NCBI GenBank assembly: GCA_013821245.1
Contig: JACDHC010000001.1
Location: 1-48,136, forward strand
Reading direction: 5' to 3'
Length of the DNA: 48,136 bases
Origin: Nitrosopumilus sp.
Lineage (GTDB): Archaea; Thermoproteota; Nitrososphaeria; Nitrososphaerales; Nitrososphaeraceae
Both the position numbers and the translations under genes were made by a program. The stretch's first letter is position 1, and each line of letters opens with the position of its first letter. Of the stretch, positions 40,347 through 48,136 are shown in pieces. A model generated the notes under the pieces. It was given only the letters and a program-made list of their open reading frames with translations, ran no database searches and was not told the DNA's origin.

Positions 40347-41339
40347 TCAAGCTATCAAGTCAGGAAGATAGAAATTATTCTCATACATCTGTTCTATTTG
40401 CTTTTTCTCAATTGCATTCAAGTAGTTTCCGTCAGATAGCTGGGCAAATGTATCTATTTCATCAATGGTGGTAACAGTAGGCAACACAACAGATATTTGT
40501 TCTTGTGATAAGATATATTTGACAGCTATTTCAGTGATATCCCATCCATGAGAATCAGCAATTGGCCTAAGTTTTTCTATTTTTTTCATTGATTGGATAA
40601 TCCATTCTTTTTTCCTTACGCTTCTATGGTCATTCTTACCCATTACGGTGTTTTCATTTACTTTACCAGTTAAAATACCAGAAGCATCGGGCACTCTTAC
40701 CATTAATCCCACTGCTCTGTTTTTTTTATCAATAGCACCCAAAAATTCACGTCCCGGATCTTGTTCTAAAATATTGTAAACAGTTTGTAAACTAACTATA
40801 TTTCTGTTCTCAATAGCATAGAGTCCTTCATCTTTCCAACCTATTGCCGGACCTAAAGCAACACCATGACTTTTGATTTTTCCAGAATTCACAAGATTAT
40901 CCAATTCATTAAATAACAGATCATTTTTTATTGCATCCATTCTTGGATTATGTAAACTATAAACATCTATGAAATCAGTCTCCAATCTCTTCATGCTTTC
41001 AGTCAATGCGAAACTTAAGAAATCGGTATTATGTTTTTGTGGAATTTCATTATGTCCTATTTGTTCTGCATTGTACATGTCATAACCCCATTTAGTAGAA
41101 TAGATTACATCGTTACGCATATTTTTAAATGCTTTTGATAATATTTTTTCACTTTTACCCTTTCCATACATATCAGCAGTTTCAAAAAAGTTTATTCCAA
41201 TATCATAAGCATGCTTTAACAGTTTTATGGATTCTTCCTCTTCAAGTTTTTTTCCCCACCAATCCAAACCTAAAGTCCATGTCCCAAAGCCAATTTCACT
41301 GACTTTGATCCCACTATTACCTAGATTTCGATATTTCAT
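40347..41339 (-). CDS. Aldo/keto reductase
   Basis: MKYRNLGNSGIKVSEIGFGTW, FETADMYG, STKWGY, SMKRLETDFIDVYSLHN. Confidence 0.92.
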   Translation of the reverse strand: MKYRNLGNSGIKVSEIGFGTWTLGLDWWGKKLEEEESIKLLKHAYDIGINFFETADMYGKGKSEKILSKAFKNMRNDVIYSTKWGYDMYNAEQIGHNEIPQKHNTDFLSFALTESMKRLETDFIDVYSLHNPRMDAIKNDLLFNELDNLVNSGKIKSHGVALGPAIGWKDEGLYAIENRNIVSLQTVYNILEQDPGREFLGAIDKKNRAVGLMVRVPDASGILTGKVNENTVMGKNDHRSVRKKEWIIQSMKKIEKLRPIADSHGWDITEIAVKYILSQEQISVVLPTVTTIDEIDTFAQLSDGNYLNAIEKKQIEQMYENNFYLPDLIA

Positions 41340-42271
41340 TAAACAATATCCCTCAATTCTTTAGTTAAGTCATTAAAAGTAATATCGTCTATACAAGGCT
41401 TACTGATTGATTTTAAATATTCAAAATCAGGAGTGGAATTGTTTTTAAAACAGTTTTCCAATGCTTTATCTTTTAGATCAAGTTGGATCCAAGATTTGCA
41501 ACCAGACCATTCAGGTTTATTGTTAATCTTTATTGTATCATTTAATTTGTAGGTCCTCAATAGTATCAGATAGAGAGGTTTTTTAGGATTGTAATTAAAC
41601 CTCATTTTCACATACTCATCATTCCAAATATGGAACTTTTCCAGTTTTTCTAATTTGTTTATATCATTGATTTCACTAAAATAAGTTATCTCAACAAACA
41701 AATCAATATTTGTAACATTTTGTGCTTGATCAGAATTGTTTTTGATTGATGAATTGGAACGGGTATTCTTATATGTGGCAGTATGAACCGGCTTATCTAA
41801 ATTTTTTAGTTTTTCCTTATATTCATTTCGAATTGAATCCATAGATTGATGCTCAAAGGTCGGAAAAAGAAAAAAGTTTTTATGTTTAAGTTCAAAGCCG
41901 TTGCGGTATTCCATAATGCCACCCTTCCTAAACAATAAAACTTGTTTCCCTTCTTCTGCCGCTTTACACACAATAGCCCATTCTTTCAATGCTGCGACGG
42001 GAATTGAAGTGGATTCAGGTTTTTTGTCAGAGTACGATAGTTCACTATCAATTGGTGATGATGACGATGATGATGATTGAAATTGAGAGGAAAATGATGT
42101 GCCATGCAATGATGGTTCAGCGGCAGCCTGCGCAGAAGCAGCAGCATTAGCAGCAGTTGGTGAATTTGTTTGGCAAGCCAAATCGTATGATGAAAATTTC
42201 TCAAAGTATAAAGAATCCACAAATGACATAAAAGGATATAACCTGTAAAACAACAAATAAAGATAGGACAA
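41339..42271 (-). CDS. DUF1802-like protein with low-complexity N-terminal extension; start uncertain
   Basis: ALKEWAIVCKAAEEGKQVLLFRKGGIME, FFLFPTFEHQ, HIWNDEYVKMRF, GCKSWI. Confidence 0.82.
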   Translation of the reverse strand: MSYLYLLFYRLYPFMSFVDSLYFEKFSSYDLACQTNSPTAANAAASAQAAAEPSLHGTSFSSQFQSSSSSSSPIDSELSYSDKKPESTSIPVAALKEWAIVCKAAEEGKQVLLFRKGGIMEYRNGFELKHKNFFLFPTFEHQSMDSIRNEYKEKLKNLDKPVHTATYKNTRSNSSIKNNSDQAQNVTNIDLFVEITYFSEINDINKLEKLEKFHIWNDEYVKMRFNYNPKKPLYLILLRTYKLNDTIKINNKPEWSGCKSWIQLDLKDKALENCFKNNSTPDFEYLKSISKPCIDDITFNDLTKELRDIV

Positions 42272-42322
42272 ATGTTTTTATAAATATTTTTAATTTTGCT
42301 TGATGTTTTTTTTTGGCTTGCT

Positions 42323-43240
42323 TTATCCTAAACTCTTTATTATTTCATCCATTTTCTTTGAAACACATGGTATCATTGGCAAGTCTTTTAGGATATATCG
42401 GCTAACTTGTGTCTCACGTAGTTCCATTATCAGATCTTGGAAACTTGAAAGATCCTCAGTTTCAAAAGCTAACATAAAATCCTGATCTCCAATCCCAAAG
42501 GAATAGGTGGTATTGAGCCTTATGTCAGGGTATTTTCTTCCAACTTTTATATGCTCATCCATCATTTGTTTTCTTGTTTCTAACGGTAAAAGATACCATT
42601 CCCGGGATTTAATAAACGGATAAACCACCAAATATTTTAATGGAGCATCACCCTCATCATCACGTTCAAAGCCCAGCCTGACTTGATTAGAGTAAGTTGA
42701 TTTTCTTGTCAATGAAAGAAAGGTATTGACCGGTTCAACATATTTTCCCAGAATGGTTGAATATATCTTTGACGTAAAAACTTGAATATTTTCTAAAGAT
42801 GGTGAAATTGTCAATATCAAAAATTCGCAATCATGTCTCAATCCAACTGTAGAATAGGTTCTAACTTTCATTTTCGTGTTAGCAGCTCGCAATAATTCAA
42901 GAAATTCTATGGATGACTCGTCTTTACCTATCTCATTTAACCACCGCCATTTAGGATCAACTTTAAAAAAGGTAAAATTGAAAAATTTTTTTTCAAATTT
43001 GTTTTCTTTGATTTGACCATTTATGGAATTGTTGTTGCTTGCATGATTGGCAGGGTTATTGATTGCTCTTTTTTCTCTTTCCTCGGATTCCTTTTTATCA
43101 TTTATTTTTATGGTATCATAAGCATTATCCGTATTTACAATATTATCAGAATTGTTATCGGCATCTGTTTTTAAATTGTTGTTGTTGTTGCTGTTTGTTT
43201 TATCATCCATATCAAAGTTAACATTGCCTGCATTCACCAT
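42323..43240 (-). CDS. Chlorite dismutase/coproheme decarboxylase (ChdC/HemQ) family heme protein with Asn-rich N-terminus
   Basis: YSTVGLRHDCEF, VVYPFIKSREWYLLP, MMDEHIKVGRKY, YSFGIGDQDFMLAFET, MELRETQVSRY. Confidence 0.88.
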   Translation of the reverse strand: MVNAGNVNFDMDDKTNSNNNNNLKTDADNNSDNIVNTDNAYDTIKINDKKESEEREKRAINNPANHASNNNSINGQIKENKFEKKFFNFTFFKVDPKWRWLNEIGKDESSIEFLELLRAANTKMKVRTYSTVGLRHDCEFLILTISPSLENIQVFTSKIYSTILGKYVEPVNTFLSLTRKSTYSNQVRLGFERDDEGDAPLKYLVVYPFIKSREWYLLPLETRKQMMDEHIKVGRKYPDIRLNTTYSFGIGDQDFMLAFETEDLSSFQDLIMELRETQVSRYILKDLPMIPCVSKKMDEIIKSLG

Positions 43241-43287
43241 GGTTTTAATGAGAAATTAAAATCAATAAATAGTTTTAACGGATGAAT

Positions 43288-44070
43288 TTAGTTTGAATCT
43301 TCAGCCAAACCTAACCATGAATAACCTTTTACCTCTAATTCTTCAGAAAGTTCTCTTCCAGCAGTTTTAATGATTTTACCTTTTGACATTACATGAATTT
43401 TATCCAATTTTGTAAGAAACCTCAATATTCTTGCGTAATGGGTAATAACAATTACACCAGCCCCCATCTCAATCAATTTATTGATGGCTTCTGCAACTGC
43501 CTTTACAGCATCAATATCCAGTCCAGAATCAGGTTCATCAAGAATTGCAAGATTTGGCCTCAACACAAGCATTTGCATTACCTCAGATCTCTTTTTTTCC
43601 CCTCCTGAAAAACCCTCATTTAGGTACCTGCTTAAAAAGCTTGGATCAAGTCCAACGTTATCAAGGTTTTTTTTTAAGTATTCATGGAACTCCCTTACGG
43701 TTAAAAAAACTTCCCGGTTTTTTTGCTCGTCAGCGAGGCTTTTGGTCAACAAATTATACGCATTGCGCAAAAAATGACTATAACCAACACCAGATACCTC
43801 AGTAGGGTATTGAAAACCCAAAAATAAACCCTTTTTTGCACGTGCGTCAGTGCTTAACTGGAGAATACTTTCATTATTGACCAAAATGTCTCCGGATATA
43901 ATTGAATATCGGGGATGACCCAATAAAACATTGGCTAGTGTGCTTTTTCCTGAGCCGTTCAGGCCCATTATGGCATGTACTTCGCCTTTATTAACATCCA
44001 AGTTAACCCCGTTAAGGATTTGTTTATCTTCTATATTGACATGCAGATCTTTAATATTTAGAAATGACAT
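43288..44070 (-). CDS. sufC: Fe-S cluster assembly ATPase SufC
   Basis: GEVHAIMGLNGSGKST, GLFLGFQYPTEVSGV, RYLNEGFSGGEKKR, LDEPDSGLDIDA, ITHY. Confidence 0.95.
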   Translation of the reverse strand: MSFLNIKDLHVNIEDKQILNGVNLDVNKGEVHAIMGLNGSGKSTLANVLLGHPRYSIISGDILVNNESILQLSTDARAKKGLFLGFQYPTEVSGVGYSHFLRNAYNLLTKSLADEQKNREVFLTVREFHEYLKKNLDNVGLDPSFLSRYLNEGFSGGEKKRSEVMQMLVLRPNLAILDEPDSGLDIDAVKAVAEAINKLIEMGAGVIVITHYARILRFLTKLDKIHVMSKGKIIKTAGRELSEELEVKGYSWLGLAEDSN

Positions 44071-44235
44071 AAATTTTTATATAATAGAACATTATATAAA
44101 TATTCGTCAAGATAACACTGTTATAATTAAAAATTTTATAAAGTATCATTGTTAAAATTGCAAAAATTTCAATTACTGGTATGTATTTTAATAAAAGCAT
44201 ATAAAAATGTTCCAGTAAATATAATTTTTATATGG

Positions 44236-44763
44236 TTAGGAAACGGTTATCTTTCCAACCATATACGGGTGAACTGTACAGTAGTAGGACACTTCGCCTT
44301 GCCCTAATTTTTCAGCAGGTATGCTAAATTTGTTATTTGAGATTAGGAGGCCCGAATCAAAAAGTTTTCCACTTTCAGGGTCTGCGGGTCCTGTCCCACT
44401 AGTGGCAGAATGAGGAGCTGTATCTTCATTTACCCAGGTAACCAAGGCATCGCTAGTGGCAGTAGCAGGGTCCGGCCCATAGTCAGGGTTTCCTTGGACA
44501 GAGGCACCTACCGGCATGCTTATTGAAACCTTATTTGCAAACTGAGACTCATCTATAGCTTCAGTTTCGGCTGGTGTTTCTGTTGCTGCACCTGCTTCGC
44601 TTTCGGGTGGCAGTTCTAGTCTGTATATAGAGTTTTGTAATCCCACATGCGGGCTAGCCGCTGAGAAAAGAAAATATGCAACCACACCTGTAATGCCTGC
44701 TATTACCATAATTGCCAGAAAAAATCTTTTATCGGTTTTGTCATATTCCATAGTGACATCCAT
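44236..44763 (-). CDS. Membrane-anchored blue (type 1) copper protein, plastocyanin/azurin family
   Basis: N-terminal TM helix; VTWVNEDTAPHSATS, FDSG, YYCTVHPYMVGKITV (H/C/H/M ligands). Confidence 0.92.
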   Translation of the reverse strand: MDVTMEYDKTDKRFFLAIMVIAGITGVVAYFLFSAASPHVGLQNSIYRLELPPESEAGAATETPAETEAIDESQFANKVSISMPVGASVQGNPDYGPDPATATSDALVTWVNEDTAPHSATSGTGPADPESGKLFDSGLLISNNKFSIPAEKLGQGEVSYYCTVHPYMVGKITVS

Positions 44764-44939
44764 TCTATAAAAAAACCCCTATTAATTTCTTTTATGAATG
44801 CAAAAAAAGATTACACAAAAAAACCAAGTTTATTTATTTTATCTACCTAAAGAGCACGCTAAATAAAAAATTTACAATGTTAGCAATCAAGGAAAATGCC
44901 ATAATTTTTATTTCAGATAATTTTAATTGCTACGAGAGA

Positions 44940-45110
44940 ATGGGAATAGGCAGAGGAGGCCAAATTAAATGCGGAATATGCTGTAAAGAAATTAAAGGTT
45001 TTAAATACGCTGCCATGCCACAATGGAATATTTCAGAATATCTATGTGGCGCTTGTTATTCAGAAAAATTATCGGAGCATTACATAAAGCATAAAGTAAA
45101 AGACAAATAA
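44940..45110 (+). CDS. Small Cys-rich zinc-finger protein
   Basis: KCGICCKEIK..PQWNISEYLCGACYSEKLSEHY; ATG at 44940 preferred over 44877. Confidence 0.7.
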   Translation: MGIGRGGQIKCGICCKEIKGFKYAAMPQWNISEYLCGACYSEKLSEHYIKHKVKDK

Positions 45111-45204
45111 AGAAAGATTATCTTATCTCGGCCTACAAACAGAACATACAAAATAAAAAGAGATAAATCCATCAGAACAACTCTTTGGTCATTAACACTA
45201 AAAG

Positions 45205-45852
45205 CTAATTTATCATATTGATTTCAATTGCCTTATTGTTTTCAATAATTGACCTGGCATTCTCAAAAGGTAAAATTGCAACATCATCCTTTTTAAATGG
45301 CCCGTATTTGTTCATGTTGACACCCACAAATTGCTCCATGGAATCCAAAAACCTCAAAACAATAAAATTTTGGTTGATTGCAGAGACTATTTTTTCCAGT
45401 GTTTTGGGTTTTCCCTCAAACAATGTATTTAAAATAATATTGATTCTGTGGTCTCTTTCCCTGTCACCATGAAAAACATATTTTTCCTCATCTGTTAGGT
45501 TAGAGTAGTCAAAAGTTTCTTGTGTTTTGCCAACATCAATAGTTTTTTTATACCTATAGACAAACAACAACGTAACCGACTTGACTAACAAATCCAATAA
45601 GTCATTTTTAATTTGATCAGATATTTTGTCACCAATTTTTTCTTTTTTTAAAACTGTGTCATTTGCCCCTTCGGGTTCTTTTTCGGCATAATCATCACCA
45701 TCACTTTTTTTTAGCTTTGAGATCATGTTAGCAATGTTTTGATAAAAATCAGGCGGAAGGGATTGCGGACCGGTGTTAAGCTGAATTTCTTTTTTTAAGG
45801 TATTGAAAACCTCCTCAATACTTATAAAACTATTTTGATTATCAGAACCCAA
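45205..45852 (-). CDS. GINS complex subunit, Gins51 (Gins15)-like
   Basis: QSLPPDFYQ, NLTDEEK, C-terminal B-domain QFVGVNMNKYGPFKKDDVAILPFENARSII. Confidence 0.85.
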   Translation of the reverse strand: MGSDNQNSFISIEEVFNTLKKEIQLNTGPQSLPPDFYQNIANMISKLKKSDGDDYAEKEPEGANDTVLKKEKIGDKISDQIKNDLLDLLVKSVTLLFVYRYKKTIDVGKTQETFDYSNLTDEEKYVFHGDRERDHRINIILNTLFEGKPKTLEKIVSAINQNFIVLRFLDSMEQFVGVNMNKYGPFKKDDVAILPFENARSIIENNKAIEINMIN

Positions 45853-45920
45853 TTTGACCTATAATTTTAACATGATAAGCTTAATTAGAAGTTTTTATTT
45901 TATTATATTGAATATTTCAA

Positions 45921-47387
45921 TTGCCTTATAAAGTTATAGATGGAAAGATTGAGTCTTTGAATTTAACTACGGAACAAGCAATGAAAAAATTAAAGGATGA
46001 AGAAATTAAGTTTTTAGACCTACAGTTTACAGGATTAACAGGTAGATTCCATCACACAACAATGGCGGCAAACATGTTTAACATAGAGGATTTTGAATAC
46101 GGGCTACCGAAACTAGATGGCTCCTCAATAAGGGGATTCACCAAGATACACGAATCGGATCTTATTATAAGGCCAGACCCCTCAACCTATGCCATTATCC
46201 CATGGATATTAAAAGACAAGACAGCCAGGCTTATATGCGACATATTGGCCGGTGGAAAAACAAATCAACAGTACAAAAAAGACCCAAGAGGCATAGCCAA
46301 AAGGGCGCAAGAATACGTAAGGCAACAGGGATACCATAACTCCTTTTGGGGTCCAGAAGTAGAGTTTTTTGTTTTTGACAAGTTAGAAGTGAACACAATG
46401 ACGCCATATAGATCCCAAAGCTACAACATAATATCCAAGGAGGCCCCATGGTCCACCGAAGGCGTCGGGTATGCGTTAAGGCTAAAGGAAGGATACCTTC
46501 CCAGCGCACCAGGTGACACCCTAATGGAATACAGAAACGAATGTGTTGATGTGCTCAGCAATGATTTTGGAATAATTTGTGATGCGCACCATCATGAAGT
46601 TGCAACTGCAGGACAATGTGAAATCGACATAAGATTTGATACTTTAGTGAATGCCGCAGACTCTGTTCAAAGCTACAAATACATTGTGAAAAACATTGCA
46701 AAAAAACATGGCATGATTGCGACCATGATGCCAAAACCCATAGCCCTAGACAATGGTTCTGGTATGCATGTTAATGTTAGCTTGTGGGATAAAGACAACA
46801 ATTTGTTTTTTGACATCAATGACCCCTATGCAGAGATGTCCCAAACAGCAAGGTACTTTGCTGCAGGCATTTTAACCCACGCGGCAGCGCTGGCAGCAAT
46901 AGTTGCTCCCACCACCAACTCATACCGAAGGCTAGTGCCAGGGTATGAGGCACCTGTGTATATTGCATGGAGCACCGGTAACAGATCAGCAATTATTAGA
47001 AATGCGGCCCATTATAGGGGAGAAAGATTTGCCCATATGAAAAGAATAGAATTCAGGGCCCCAGACCCTTCCTGCAATCCTTATTTGGCCTTTTCTGCAA
47101 TTATTTCTGCGGGATTGGATGGAATAAAGAAAAAGATCTCAATTCCAGATCCAATAGACGAGGACATCTTTAAAATGACTCCACAGCGCAGAATGGAGCT
47201 TGGAATAAGACAGTTACCTGCAACCCTCCGTGAAGCATATGAAGAGCTAAGCAATGACAGGGAATTTCTAAAGCCAATTTTTGATGACGATATTATTGAT
47301 TCAATAATTCTGCAAGAAGTAAAGGATCACGTGGATGTAACAATAAGACCCCATCCCCATGAATTTTCACTGTATGCAGATGTTTAG
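45921..47387 (+). CDS. glnA: Glutamine synthetase type I
   Basis: LDGSSIRGF, GPEVEFF, HHHEVATAGQCEI, MPKP..NGSGMH, NSYRRLVPGYEAP, RIEFRAPDPSCNPYL. Confidence 0.97.
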   Translation: MPYKVIDGKIESLNLTTEQAMKKLKDEEIKFLDLQFTGLTGRFHHTTMAANMFNIEDFEYGLPKLDGSSIRGFTKIHESDLIIRPDPSTYAIIPWILKDKTARLICDILAGGKTNQQYKKDPRGIAKRAQEYVRQQGYHNSFWGPEVEFFVFDKLEVNTMTPYRSQSYNIISKEAPWSTEGVGYALRLKEGYLPSAPGDTLMEYRNECVDVLSNDFGIICDAHHHEVATAGQCEIDIRFDTLVNAADSVQSYKYIVKNIAKKHGMIATMMPKPIALDNGSGMHVNVSLWDKDNNLFFDINDPYAEMSQTARYFAAGILTHAAALAAIVAPTTNSYRRLVPGYEAPVYIAWSTGNRSAIIRNAAHYRGERFAHMKRIEFRAPDPSCNPYLAFSAIISAGLDGIKKKISIPDPIDEDIFKMTPQRRMELGIRQLPATLREAYEELSNDREFLKPIFDDDIIDSIILQEVKDHVDVTIRPHPHEFSLYADV

Positions 47388-47442
47388 CCAAGTGGTAAAA
47401 TGTCGACACGACGTGCGTCATCGTCATCTTCACCATAATTGG
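47388..47442 (+). other. Imperfect hairpin directly after the glnA stop
   Basis: CCAA GTGGT AAAATG ... CATCTT C ACCAT AA TTGG enclosing a GC-rich core (TCGACACGACGTGCGTCATCGT). Confidence 0.35.
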
Positions 47443-47527
47443 ATAATCAAAGTCGACTGGACTGTATTTTTAAAGATTAAAACAAACGTTTAATAACATT
47501 AGATCATTACAATTTTAAATATTTTTT

Positions 47528-47602
47528 GGAGGGGTTGTCTAGACTGGTTAGGATACCTGCCTTACACGCAGGTGGTCATGGGTTCAAATCCCATTCCCTC
47601 CA
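47528..47602 (+). tRNA. tRNA-Val (TAC), no intron
   Basis: GGAGGGG TT GTCT AGACTGGTTA GGAT A CCTGC CTTACAC GCAGG TGGTC ATGGG TTCAAAT CCCAT TCCCTCC A. Confidence 0.97.
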
Positions 47603-48136
47603 CTGTATTTATGGTCATACAGAATGCTTCTAGCCTAAAAAAAATAGATTTATAACATCATAAACCTATGATAGAGGAAAAGGGCAGTTATGGATAATGA
47701 AACCTGAGCATCAACAACAAATCAGTCAAAATAAAGATTCCGATGAAAATTACAATATCCCCCACCAAAACAACTGAAAAACACTCATCCAATATTTAGT
47801 GGATACCCATTTCAAACATAATTTTTCAAAAAGGGTAATTGAACTGTATTTGTATTTATTGTAATGTTACCTATATTATGTTATGTAATTTGATAACTAG
47901 CGCAATTTTACTATAAACCTATAGGTAACTCAATATGGCTATTTTCTTTATAACAAGTTTTATAGATTTTTGCTATGAATCCCAAATATACGCATACTTT
48001 GTCATAGTTAATTGAAACTAATGTATTTCAATATAAAATCACTGAAAACAATTCTACTTACAACTGTACTATTGTCAGGGTTGATATCAATTGCAGACAA
48101 ACAATCAATTTATGCGCAATCCGTAGGAGATATCGA

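Noticed and set aside
47603-48136. Integrated element downstream of tRNA-Val
   Set aside because: No integrase, no duplicated tRNA 3' end and no convincing ORF within the window; cannot be excluded beyond the edge.

Overview
AT-rich archaeal chromosomal window. Gene content points to an ammonia-oxidising Nitrososphaerota (Thaumarchaeota) member, most like the low-GC soil Nitrososphaerales (Nitrosocosmicus-like); this placement is an inference. Left part: housekeeping genes thrC (partial), hisI, tiaS, grpE-dnaK-dnaJ, aIF2-beta, mcm with GINS23, rfcS and queC, plus two double-intron tRNA genes (iMet-CAT, Leu-CAG) whose bulge-helix-bulge (BHB) splice motifs can be read directly. Middle: a decayed C2H2 zinc-finger gene, then a co-oriented urea island of about 12 kb (UT-family urea channel, unknown gene, ureABC, a divergent group II chaperonin plus an unknown 140-aa protein inside the cluster, ureEFGD, and a metal ABC importer whose permease has a His-rich tail), faced by an Lrp regulator. 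Right: orphan ParB, USP, F420-dependent PPOX protein, intron-containing tRNA-Pro(GGG) with C33, a heme/Fe-S cluster (fused AhbAB, aldo-keto reductase, DUF1802, ChdC/Cld-like protein, sufC), a cupredoxin, GINS51, glnA and tRNA-Val. The best candidate for an uncharacterised system is a chaperonin-assisted urease maturation and nickel delivery module. No CRISPR array, rRNA, integrase or transposase was seen. All calls come from motif reading by eye; no searches were run.
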